Translations under genes and position numbers: made by a program | The notes under the pieces: model-generated | Databases searched by the model: none | Told to the model about the DNA's origin: nothing | The model's input: only the letters and a program-made list of their open reading frames with translations | Origin: a virus | Taxonomy: Duplodnaviria; Caudoviricetes | IMG/VR virus record: IMGVR_UViG_3300027571_000023 | Span: 1-41,825 of that record | Strand: one strand, 5' to 3' | Length of the DNA: 41,825 nt | Shown: piece after piece, positions 8,919-18,609 of the stretch | Position numbering within the stretch: position 1 is the first letter of the stretch | How the letters are laid out: each line of letters opens with the position of its first letter

Positions 8919-11900
8919 ATGAAATTTCTTTCCTCTACCAGCAGAGACCTAGACCCTAAGAACTATGCTTGGGACTCTGTAGTACACCAATTCAACAGGC
9001 CACTGCTCGACAGTGAACTCAACTTAGCACAAGACTTGTTGAATAAGAAGCTCACTACACCATCAGGAGTTCTCTCTTCTCAGGCAACAAGGGATGCAGG
9101 CAAGATTGTATTTGAAACACCCTTCACAGGAGATAGTCCAAACAAGGTTTCTAACCCTTCTTTCCTCGCTAATACTCTGAACATTGAGAGGTTCAAGGCA
9201 TCCGTAAATGGTATGCTGGTTGACGTTAAGGGAACCAACTCCACAGATCCAAGCATGAACCGTGTTACTCTTTCAGAGCCTCTAGAGACAGGTAGTCTTG
9301 TAGACTTCGTGTTCCTTGAAGTATGGAGAAAAGAGGTCACTCCTTCTATGGGAGCACGGGCGAGGCTACGAATAGCAAGCCCTCTTGACAATGACACCCT
9401 CTCCTTTGCAGACAGTGTCACCACTGTTACCTTAACAGCGGGTGTGGATTTTCAAGTAAGCAACTCTAGCCCAGAGACAGCTCGAAACCTCTCTGATGCA
9501 ATCAACAATCATGGAGGGCTGGGACTAGGGCTGACAGTGGGTAATGTCAAGGTGACTTCTGAGACGAGAGGCACGCAATATCTCTTCCTTAGTTTAACAG
9601 GCGGAAGTCAGGGCAACTCTCCCACTTTTAACATTACGCCTAATAGCACAGGGGTAACTGTAGTAGGTGTCCCCGCAGGCGGGTCAGATGGAGAGGGTAA
9701 GCCGAACGCCAACAAGGTCTATTACGCAGGCAATCTGGACAGTCACAGCAGCCTATACCTAGACGACAATATTCAAGACCCTACCCTAAATGTGTCTTCG
9801 AGCAGAAGAGTTCAGGTTCAATACCGACTGAGGGTACACCAAATCTTTAACTATGCTGTTTCCCAAAACATCTTTGGATTTGAACATTTTAACCTTCGAG
9901 CTCAGGGGTCTAACCAAGCCCCCCTTAATAACTTCTCTTTTTCCAAACACATCGAAGATACGGGGCTTTGGTATTCGGGGTCGGGTTCAGAATCTGATTC
10001 AGAGAATCTAGGTACGGTGGACGGCTATATCTATGCGATCCCTGTTGCTTTTGTCTATCGAAGAAACAAGCCCGTTAGTGGCACAGAGGGGTTTCAACCG
10101 CTCGATAGATACAATACGGGAGTTCTACATGACCATGATGGAAGTTCGCTCTCAGGGAACATCTACATAGATAATGTCCCCGCTACAGATTCAGACCGCC
10201 CTGATGGTTTGTTCGCTGATGAGATCTCCGAAGAAGATGTCTTGGATCTGAGGAGAAAGGTGTTTCCTCAAGGATTAGATTTGTCTTCGGAACTGAGACG
10301 CCAATACCACTCTCTTTTAGACGGAACAAATAAGACTTGGATTGCCTCAGCTCACAATCTAGCGGATACGGGTAATGGGACGGCGGGGATATCACACACA
10401 CCTCTTATGTGTGATGTTTTTGGAAGCTCCGCTAACACCTTGAACATAGGCAACCATAAGAGAGACTTCAATCACTTTTCCAGAAGGTTCTCAAATGCCC
10501 CTGTTGTAGAGAGGGTCTTCATCGTGATCTTGCCTAGTGCAGGAGGTAACCCGCAAGGTGTTTCCTACACAAATTCCCATCCTGTTCAAACGGGATGGCA
10601 TGAGGGAGATGTGGTTGAGGTTGATATATCTCAACTCGACTCTAAGGGAGACATCAATTGGCAACCTCTAGATATCCTCCACACCCCTGTTAACGGCATT
10701 AGCCTACCTGCAGGTACGAAGGTAACAGATATCGGGCTCTGTTGGCACAATGACGGACACTATGTAAACACAATAGCTCAAGACGTTGTATTTACTAGCA
10801 TCTTGGGGCTTGGTACTGACACGATCACTTTGACCTTTGCAGAGAACAGTCTCATATCAAATGGAGGCACTCTTGCTGGTGCTGACAGACCCCTTGTTAG
10901 TAATGACTTCGCGGTGAGTGGTAGTGTCAACACTGTCTTGGTGGAGTTAATATTAGAAACACCATCTGGAGATTTAGGGCTAACAGGATTGGTCAGTGAA
11001 ATACCTGACACGCATAAAGGCTCATACTCTACAGGGTCTGTCATCCCCTTAAATGATCCTGAAAACCCCCAGAACCTCTATCCGAGTGTCGGGAATGGGG
11101 TGACATCCCCGATTGTGAACTTCAGAAAAGGCAAAAAAGAAGTCACCCTAGAGTATGTCTATGGGCTGAGAACTGATAATTTTGTGTCCAGCAACAGCTC
11201 ATTTACACGGCTACCTCACAGGGTGTATGGCGATACCTCTACTATCGTAATGACGGATATTTCAAACCCCGCAAGCCCTACTGTCCTAAATTTAGATTCT
11301 GCAAACTCTAAGTTCTCACACTCAGAACCTATTTTGAGCTGGGTTGGAGGATGGGTTAGTGGCCAGAGGGCAGTTGAAGTCCAATACCACCCTGTCCTTC
11401 CGTACCACGCTACGGACACCTCAAATAGTAGTGTGTTCGTCTTTTACAATAGAATTGCACCTCAGACGTGCGGGTCGGATTTCCCTCTCGCACAAGCCAA
11501 TATAAGCACAAGTAGCGGTGGTGTTGTACCTGTTGAGTTGGAACTCCAGCCTTTGGCTATCGGAGACAACATTACCTCCCTCTCAAGATCCGACTTCTCT
11601 TATCCTTTTGAAGAACCTCTTGAGCAGTTGGCTTCCGCACCTCTGGCGGAGAGTCAAGGATACAATGAGTACCTTGTCTTAAACAGCAACGAGGTCTTCT
11701 TAGACGATCTTACTATTAACACGGGAAGCGTAGACCTACCTGCATTGGTGCCAATATCTTCTAACACCAATATTCAGCTAGGGAGTACCTTAACCCCTCC
11801 TGTGAAAGACAACTACAATCGTGCTTTATACAGGACAGTGATTGAAGACACATACTTCCCTGCGAGCTTTGCTAAGAACCTTTCTAACATCAGCAGGCAC

Positions 11901-12104
11901 TACAAGAACGTCGCCCCTTGTCTGATGAAAGTAACCTCTGACTCTCACACCCTCTTCAGAAAAGGAGAGGTGGTCTTGGTCTTATTCATAAAAACTTCTA
12001 GCTGGGGGCAGAGTGTCTCTGTAGACATGAGGTCTGACCTTAACACTAATCTTGTTGTAGCTTGTGTTTACCGCACTGACAATCTCATTCTCTTGGGGGA
12101 GTAA
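8919..12104 (+). CDS. Large virion protein (~1061 aa), DUF4815/DUF6519-like N-terminus; putative baseplate-attached fibre subunit
   Basis: ATG 8919 follows AAGAAGGGT. N-terminal 'RDLDPKNYAWDSVVHQFNRPLLDSELNLAQD' fits the V..Q..RP..D.E.N..Q pattern of contractile-tail fibre-base proteins. Paralogous to 18610-23793. Confidence 0.55.
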   Translation: MKFLSSTSRDLDPKNYAWDSVVHQFNRPLLDSELNLAQDLLNKKLTTPSGVLSSQATRDAGKIVFETPFTGDSPNKVSNPSFLANTLNIERFKASVNGMLVDVKGTNSTDPSMNRVTLSEPLETGSLVDFVFLEVWRKEVTPSMGARARLRIASPLDNDTLSFADSVTTVTLTAGVDFQVSNSSPETARNLSDAINNHGGLGLGLTVGNVKVTSETRGTQYLFLSLTGGSQGNSPTFNITPNSTGVTVVGVPAGGSDGEGKPNANKVYYAGNLDSHSSLYLDDNIQDPTLNVSSSRRVQVQYRLRVHQIFNYAVSQNIFGFEHFNLRAQGSNQAPLNNFSFSKHIEDTGLWYSGSGSESDSENLGTVDGYIYAIPVAFVYRRNKPVSGTEGFQPLDRYNTGVLHDHDGSSLSGNIYIDNVPATDSDRPDGLFADEISEEDVLDLRRKVFPQGLDLSSELRRQYHSLLDGTNKTWIASAHNLADTGNGTAGISHTPLMCDVFGSSANTLNIGNHKRDFNHFSRRFSNAPVVERVFIVILPSAGGNPQGVSYTNSHPVQTGWHEGDVVEVDISQLDSKGDINWQPLDILHTPVNGISLPAGTKVTDIGLCWHNDGHYVNTIAQDVVFTSILGLGTDTITLTFAENSLISNGGTLAGADRPLVSNDFAVSGSVNTVLVELILETPSGDLGLTGLVSEIPDTHKGSYSTGSVIPLNDPENPQNLYPSVGNGVTSPIVNFRKGKKEVTLEYVYGLRTDNFVSSNSSFTRLPHRVYGDTSTIVMTDISNPASPTVLNLDSANSKFSHSEPILSWVGGWVSGQRAVEVQYHPVLPYHATDTSNSSVFVFYNRIAPQTCGSDFPLAQANISTSSGGVVPVELELQPLAIGDNITSLSRSDFSYPFEEPLEQLASAPLAESQGYNEYLVLNSNEVFLDDLTINTGSVDLPALVPISSNTNIQLGSTLTPPVKDNYNRALYRTVIEDTYFPASFAKNLSNISRHYKNVAPCLMKVTSDSHTLFRKGEVVLVLFIKTSSWGQSVSVDMRSDLNTNLVVACVYRTDNLILLGE

Positions 12105-12108
12105 TCAA

Positions 12109-15100
12109 ATGCCAAAGAAAACAGTAGAGACCGATTCCACCACGGTTGCTTCCTCTCAAGGTACAGATCATATCAGCATGGTATCTTCAGGTAGCTCAAG
12201 TTCGGAGTTTATCGTCAGAGCCTCTGACATAAACTCTTCCAATAACTTAGGAGGGTTCATTGGGGAGAACGTACAATCTAACTTGGATAGTCTCTCTTCA
12301 GAGGCAAGAAAGAACAGACCTCCCCTTATGGGACAAGATCCCGTCACCTTTCAAAATCAATCGGGTGCATCTGCGACTCACGACGGGAGGCCTGATTGGG
12401 GAGCTGCGAAGATAGTAGACACCCCCGCTTGGATGCACCGCAACAGGGTCTGGGTAGAAAATCGAGAGATGCCCCACATTGGTTTTGGACACGCACAAGA
12501 CGACGCTACGTTCACAAACTTCAAATGGGTAAATGAAGGCGGGGTTTATGATACAATCAACCTCAACTATAGAGACAATGACCAAATGAGCTATTATGGG
12601 CTAGGGGACACCCAATTTACTCATGTTCTGTTCCCTCAGATCTCTCAGTCCGTGCCTCGATCTTCTTTCTCCTATGTAGAAGACAGTCTGATCTACCCCT
12701 TCTACTATCAAGAATCAATCTTCGGTAGTGAGACACGGAGCGACTTCTTCAATGCCACTACGAGTAATACTCTAGGTATGAGTTCAGGTAGAGGCAGGTC
12801 TTCTTTTGGTGTCAAAGAAGGAGAGCCCTCAACTGCGGTAGCTCCAATAAGCTCTCAGGCTTATCAGCCTTACCTCAGTAAAGATCTCTTTGACAATAAA
12901 TCAAACGATATCGGCCTCGTCATCTCTGGGACTCTGTTCCCCGCAGATCGGGGTGTCTTAGCCCTTATTCGCTTCCCTTCTAATTCAGACTCTGTCTCTG
13001 CAGGCATTAACACCCCCGCAACAGACTATAGCGAAGTCTTGAGTCGTGTTGTCGGTGCGATCAACTTAGGTCAAGGGGTGGGGCAGAGTGACGGTTTACC
13101 TGGTGGCAGTATCTTCAGTACATCTGAAGGCTCTGACTTCCCCTCCCTCAGATCAGGGCAACACGATCTCTATGAGTTACACACAGGTAACTACGTTCTA
13201 GGCTCACATAGAACAGGAGCGAACCCCAATCTCACAGCAGACCCTACTATCGGTCAGGTCAGGTTGCTCACCGACCCTCTAGCATTTAACGTAGAGGATA
13301 ACCAATACCCTCTTGGAGTCCCCGTACTCTTCTCTCCATACGAGTACTCCACATCAAGCAACACAAAGACCCTTGTCGATAATAGGAATTTCCTCTCTTA
13401 TCGCCTCCCCGTGTTAGAAGACTACTCCCCAGACGGGGTGGTCACGCAAACAGAAGAAAGGGATAGGTTTTTTGTTAAAAAGACCCCAAACCTAGATCAA
13501 GAGAACCCTGAGTACCGAACACTATTCTCAACAGCGGGGGGCTTCGTTACCTTTGGGGGGAAAGATAACTACAGCTACCAAGTAGCGAGGTATCGACATG
13601 TCGTAAATCTCATGGATCTTGCCCCAGATACCTATGCGAACATCACCGCATTGACTGACAACCCTGAATACAACTTCGGGTCTTTCGCTCTATTACACTT
13701 CAAAACAGAAGCGGGTTTTGAACGTCTTGTACGCGATGGCATACCCCCCTCAGATGAGGAGCTATACAGTCAAAATCTTTTAGACTACTCTGATCTTTCT
13801 GAGAACATCAGAGTTGATCAAGGTACGGTTGGAGGAGATGGGATCGAAGATGGGCGAGAATCCTATGCCTCTGCTTTAGGTTTGAGCCTGTTTAGGCCTA
13901 ATGTCTGTTTCGAAAAAGCTAGGTTCAGTGACAGACCAGCCAACGCCGAGATCAATGCAAGTGTCAAGACAGACTACTTGTACCCAAACTACAACTCAGC
14001 TAACTCTTCAAAGATAAACAGAGACAATAGCTATTTCTCTTTCATTTCGGGTGTGATCTATATCTCACCTACGATGCCTTTTGTCTATGAAGGACACCCT
14101 GATGAAGACGGCGTCGCGATTGATCTCACACCAGAAGAAAGTAAATTCTCAAAGATAAGAAATGAAATCCAAATCACGGGTACGGCTGACGACAACGATC
14201 TAATTCGATGGGTCGATTCAAGACCCTCAAAAACCTCTACTGTCAGACCCCACACCCAGCTCTTATCGAGCTCTTTGACTGCTCAGAATAACATTACTGC
14301 ATTAGATAGCATGTTTAATGATTTTGTGCCTACAGGTCAAAGTGTGTGGGTTGAGGGGTACTCTGGATCTTTATCGACAGAGGTTTACGCAAAAGGGGAT
14401 GCCGTAAAGCCGATATCTGACCTTTCAGCCATAGACCCGAAAGACGGACTCTGCACCCTATCAAGCTCTGCGACTCGGACTTCAATTCTGATCAATAACC
14501 CGCACAGACAGTGGTCAAACGTAGGCGTCGATGTTGTGATCGACGACGTTGAGACCGTTCTAGGTAACGCGGTCACTAATGACTCAAAGGTCTTATATCA
14601 CTCAGCAAGAAAGATCTCTCTACTTGAACTTCATGGTTCAAGATTATCTCCATCGGGGACAACTCTTGGGGGTACTTCTATTTCTTCCATATCCGACGTA
14701 TTTAGCCCATACGGAGACGACGGATATCCTGGGGGCAATGATGAGAGTTTCCTCCACGGTTATGTTTTTGCTTGGTGGCAGAACACAACAGCAGATGTCA
14801 GCCAAGACTACAACCCAAAGACATCAGGTCAATCCTTCTCTGTGTATCGGTACGACGAAGAAGGTTATAAGGTGTATCAGAATCTAGAACTTCTCCCGAT
14901 TGGAGGGGTTATAGCTAACGGATACGCTCTCGAGCTGTGTTCTGGCTGGAAGAGAGTTGATGAGAACGGAAACGATGTAAACACATCTAGCACGTTTAAA
15001 TACCCACAAGACCGACCCGTATATAGGCCGACCGAGAGCAACTTCGAGAGGACATCTTTAAGATCTCACGCGGACGCTAAATTCCTCATGGTTAAAGATG

Positions 15101-17787
15101 TGGAGTACTACATCGAATGTTACCCTTCAGTACCATTCACATCTGGGTTAGGGCCTGATCCTTCTACTTACGATGAAACCACCGTGAACCAGACAATCTT
15201 CACTCTTGGAGGTTCAGGGTACTCTGACCTACAACTAATCATTGAGGGGGAAGAGAATCCTGCACAAGATGTTTGGGCGGGTTATTTGGGGACTAATGGC
15301 TTATATTCTAACTTGGGTGCTGTTAATGATAGTCAATGTCAATGGCTTGGTGTTAACCTAGACCCAACTCAAGCCCCTTACAATGTTAGCCCTCAAGCAG
15401 ATCTCGGTAACACGTCTCATGTCAGGGGTGTCATTTACATAAGGAGTTCTAGCTCCTTTTCCTATGACGCGGCGAAGCCTCACCCCCATCCTCAACCTAG
15501 TGTTGACTACAATGGACACATCAATTATGGAGTCTCTTTCCTAGAAGTAGCTCCAACGGGGAACAGGGAGCTTCCTGAGTATGGGAACTTCACACAAGAC
15601 GTAAGAGGGTACATCACAGTCTCAGGACTAGGTAATGAACCATTCTACACAGAAGATCAAATCCACGCGACTGCACCTGAGTACAATTCTAGAATACCCC
15701 TTAAGTCATTGTTCACACTCAGGAAAGACACCCAAGAAAGGTTCTTAGATGAGTCTTACCGAATGGAGTCTAGCCTCTATCACTTGTTGCTGACGCCAGA
15801 CGATCCTCTATCTACCACAAGGTATAGCAATACCTCCGCAAGCAACAGCTATGATCCCTCATACCTGTTCGGTGCCAACAACTTCCTTGTTGAGAACCTC
15901 CAAGGGCCAGGCATCCCTCATGCAGGGTCGGGTATAAACAAAGGGTACATCTGCGTTCCTGTTCGAGATGAATCAACAATAAGTCCCGAACTCTTTACTC
16001 AGTTGAGAGATTCAGATCCTGCAGATGATCTTTTCCGAAGGACGGCGGGTCATGGTGGTGCAGGCTACCTGCGAAATAGCTGGCATGTCAGAAGATCCTC
16101 AATGTCCTCTGACCTCGCTGAAAGTGATTGGAGAGAAGCTCAAGTCATCGGTTTCCCTGACATGACGCGAAATCTCTTGAGTGGGTCAAAGTACGGAACA
16201 CCCCCTCGCGGCATCCTTGTTTACCCACACTTAGACTTTGACGGCAACAGTCCTTTCACTCTAGAAGAGCAAACCGTGGGGAGCAATAACCTCATCAGCT
16301 CGAACGAAGGATATTTCTTACCTAACGCAGGAAAGGGGTCTTCTGACACAAGAGAAGGTACCGATTGGTTAGATGATGATGGGGGCAACGGTGGCGTTAG
16401 CTTAAACCCTAAGCTGAGACACGCCCAACCTAACTACAACAAGGCTGCCCTCTTGAGTGACTTTGCAGACCCTAACGAGTACCCTGATGTGGGTTACTTG
16501 AGAGCCTTTGATGTCAACTTTGGGAAGAACCCATCTCTTACTCCCCAACACCCTTATTGGAATCAAGATTGGAACGAAACCACTTCTACAGGGACTATGT
16601 ATAGGGGCGGAGGAGGGGCTCAGAACTACGGCTTGATTGAGAAGAAGCAGTGGGTGAGGGTGATGCAAGACTCAAGAGGCGAACTTGAATTTGCACCTGT
16701 GAAGCTAAGGCTCGTCGGCGTCGATTGGAATATGATTTCGTTCATGGACACGGGATACCCTCTCCAGAAGAGAGACGGCATGGTTCACGAAGTAGACGGA
16801 GGCTACTACTTAGTGAAGAAGAGAGTGATGAGAGTCTTTGTTAAAGTACCAGGCCTCACCTCTTGGCTCGATGTCGGCGTGTTCGACAACCAAGTAGGGG
16901 AGTCTTATCGGCAGTGGAGGGGTGATAAAACGGACTCGGATGTTGGTTTTGCTGACCCAAATGGGGCGACCTCACTGAAAGAGAGTACGGAATTGGATGG
17001 GGCGGGCTGTTGTATCTCCTACTCGGAAAAGTTTTTACCTGAAGAAGGACTCGTCTGCCTAGATTTGGACTTAAATCTAGGCATGATTCCATCATTCAAC
17101 TCATGGGGTGCGGACGAGAACTCTGCGATAGGTTATGACAGTAACTTGGTTTCAGATGAGTATCTCGGCTTTGTTAAAAACCTGAGAGTAGACAATTGCC
17201 CCTCCGACAGGGTTTACTTACATAGGCAAAACAATAAGTCTGCGAGAGACGTGGACATAAATGGAGCTAAGAACTTCGAGTCTCCGATCCTCGTTAAGGT
17301 TATACTCTCACACCCAGAACACCCTAAGTACGAAGTACACCCAGATGACAATACGAAACTAGTCAACTCGACAGATATTGATGACTTGACTCTTGAAATA
17401 GCGGATATCGCTAATGCGACCCCTAACAACGTCTCTATTGTAGATATACGCCCTTCCCCTAACACTTCATATCTTGGGCATTCATGCCCACCAGATGACA
17501 GAAGCCCTCTCTGGGCTCGCAGGGGTTTGATGGGTATAGAGGTGCTTCGACAAGACGGGTCTAACTATGATAGAGATCACGTCATGGGACGACCTGATTA
17601 CACAAGTATTGACCTATATGGTAACCCCACTCTGTATTATGGGAGAACTGAGAACGGTCTGGTCTATGAGACGTATGAGATGTCTACAAGTGCTTTGACG
17701 AATAAGAGAACTTACACACATGGGTCTAATGTATCACCTTCAGAGCTAAGCTCCGATTACAAGAAGCCCGTGAAAGGAGAGGGTTAA
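12109..17787 (+). CDS. Very large hypothetical virion protein (~1892 aa)
   Basis: Start moved to ATG 12109 (GGGGGAG SD, 4 nt after the upstream stop). Long intact ORF in the structural operon. Has an 'ASDI...FIGENVQSNLDSL' motif of the kind seen in fibre proteins and an internal module related to those in 1703-7420. TAATG coupling to the next gene. Confidence 0.6.
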   Translation: MPKKTVETDSTTVASSQGTDHISMVSSGSSSSEFIVRASDINSSNNLGGFIGENVQSNLDSLSSEARKNRPPLMGQDPVTFQNQSGASATHDGRPDWGAAKIVDTPAWMHRNRVWVENREMPHIGFGHAQDDATFTNFKWVNEGGVYDTINLNYRDNDQMSYYGLGDTQFTHVLFPQISQSVPRSSFSYVEDSLIYPFYYQESIFGSETRSDFFNATTSNTLGMSSGRGRSSFGVKEGEPSTAVAPISSQAYQPYLSKDLFDNKSNDIGLVISGTLFPADRGVLALIRFPSNSDSVSAGINTPATDYSEVLSRVVGAINLGQGVGQSDGLPGGSIFSTSEGSDFPSLRSGQHDLYELHTGNYVLGSHRTGANPNLTADPTIGQVRLLTDPLAFNVEDNQYPLGVPVLFSPYEYSTSSNTKTLVDNRNFLSYRLPVLEDYSPDGVVTQTEERDRFFVKKTPNLDQENPEYRTLFSTAGGFVTFGGKDNYSYQVARYRHVVNLMDLAPDTYANITALTDNPEYNFGSFALLHFKTEAGFERLVRDGIPPSDEELYSQNLLDYSDLSENIRVDQGTVGGDGIEDGRESYASALGLSLFRPNVCFEKARFSDRPANAEINASVKTDYLYPNYNSANSSKINRDNSYFSFISGVIYISPTMPFVYEGHPDEDGVAIDLTPEESKFSKIRNEIQITGTADDNDLIRWVDSRPSKTSTVRPHTQLLSSSLTAQNNITALDSMFNDFVPTGQSVWVEGYSGSLSTEVYAKGDAVKPISDLSAIDPKDGLCTLSSSATRTSILINNPHRQWSNVGVDVVIDDVETVLGNAVTNDSKVLYHSARKISLLELHGSRLSPSGTTLGGTSISSISDVFSPYGDDGYPGGNDESFLHGYVFAWWQNTTADVSQDYNPKTSGQSFSVYRYDEEGYKVYQNLELLPIGGVIANGYALELCSGWKRVDENGNDVNTSSTFKYPQDRPVYRPTESNFERTSLRSHADAKFLMVKDVEYYIECYPSVPFTSGLGPDPSTYDETTVNQTIFTLGGSGYSDLQLIIEGEENPAQDVWAGYLGTNGLYSNLGAVNDSQCQWLGVNLDPTQAPYNVSPQADLGNTSHVRGVIYIRSSSSFSYDAAKPHPHPQPSVDYNGHINYGVSFLEVAPTGNRELPEYGNFTQDVRGYITVSGLGNEPFYTEDQIHATAPEYNSRIPLKSLFTLRKDTQERFLDESYRMESSLYHLLLTPDDPLSTTRYSNTSASNSYDPSYLFGANNFLVENLQGPGIPHAGSGINKGYICVPVRDESTISPELFTQLRDSDPADDLFRRTAGHGGAGYLRNSWHVRRSSMSSDLAESDWREAQVIGFPDMTRNLLSGSKYGTPPRGILVYPHLDFDGNSPFTLEEQTVGSNNLISSNEGYFLPNAGKGSSDTREGTDWLDDDGGNGGVSLNPKLRHAQPNYNKAALLSDFADPNEYPDVGYLRAFDVNFGKNPSLTPQHPYWNQDWNETTSTGTMYRGGGGAQNYGLIEKKQWVRVMQDSRGELEFAPVKLRLVGVDWNMISFMDTGYPLQKRDGMVHEVDGGYYLVKKRVMRVFVKVPGLTSWLDVGVFDNQVGESYRQWRGDKTDSDVGFADPNGATSLKESTELDGAGCCISYSEKFLPEEGLVCLDLDLNLGMIPSFNSWGADENSAIGYDSNLVSDEYLGFVKNLRVDNCPSDRVYLHRQNNKSARDVDINGAKNFESPILVKVILSHPEHPKYEVHPDDNTKLVNSTDIDDLTLEIADIANATPNNVSIVDIRPSPNTSYLGHSCPPDDRSPLWARRGLMGIEVLRQDGSNYDRDHVMGRPDYTSIDLYGNPTLYYGRTENGLVYETYEMSTSALTNKRTYTHGSNVSPSELSSDYKKPVKGEG

Positions 17788-18590
17788 TGCCTGCTATATT
17801 CAAGAGATCGGATGATGACCTCATTCAAGTCTTACCTTCCTACTCAAACTCTCTGCTGACAGAGATGAAAGGAAAGTACGTTATAGACTACCCTGAATTC
17901 TTGGAGGTCAATAGGGAGATGACCCAACTCGATATCTCTCTACCTATAGCAAATATCAAAGCTAATGTTAAAAGCATCGCTGAAGATAAGATGAGACAAG
18001 CGTTCCCCCAATTTGAGACGTTCCAATTCAATTACCTCGAAGACAGCACAGAGTTTTCAAACATTTTCTCTGCGGACAGCTTTCCTGACCCTCTCTCGAA
18101 TGCTTTCTTGAGAGCGGGGTATAAGCAAGGGGACACCCCTAATTCTACTTGTGTGCTAGGTCGGACACCTAGAAAGAATACAGTTGAGGGTTCTGTTCTA
18201 ACAGTAGATTCTTCTTCACCCTCTAATAGATGCCTTGTGACACTTGAAATAGATGTCGCATCCAGCACACAAGACGGACTTGGTAGGTTCGACTTCAAGA
18301 TATACTTCAAGGACTGTGTGCGTAAATACACCAAGGATAGCACTAGTTTAGCAGGCACGCCCGCCGACGGCTATTCCTTGAACAAGGCGGGGGATGTCGG
18401 ATACCAGACAAAAGTAGGCAAGGATAATTTCCTTAGAGTTTATATCTCTGGAGATAACGGCAACTCTTATTCAGAGATTGAGAACCTCACAACCTTCTCT
18501 TTCGGTCAAAGAAAAGATACAGTAAGGTTAGCTTTCGTGAATTACTCTGATTGGGACATCAACCTCCTAGCATACACATTGATGTACTGA
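17787..18590 (+). CDS. Hypothetical virion protein (267 aa) with C-terminal Asp-box-like motif
   Basis: AAGGAG SD and TAATG overlap. 'VYISGDNGNSY' resembles the SxDxGxS/T-aromatic beta-hairpin. Lies in the structural operon. Confidence 0.55.
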   Translation: MPAIFKRSDDDLIQVLPSYSNSLLTEMKGKYVIDYPEFLEVNREMTQLDISLPIANIKANVKSIAEDKMRQAFPQFETFQFNYLEDSTEFSNIFSADSFPDPLSNAFLRAGYKQGDTPNSTCVLGRTPRKNTVEGSVLTVDSSSPSNRCLVTLEIDVASSTQDGLGRFDFKIYFKDCVRKYTKDSTSLAGTPADGYSLNKAGDVGYQTKVGKDNFLRVYISGDNGNSYSEIENLTTFSFGQRKDTVRLAFVNYSDWDINLLAYTLMY

Positions 18591-18609
18591 AAATATAAGG
18601 TGACGAGAT

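Noticed and set aside
8244-12108. ORF-track starts at 8244, 8913 and 12064
   Set aside because: Downstream ATGs at 8256, 8919 and 12109 have better-placed SD sequences, and 12109 avoids overlap with the upstream gene.
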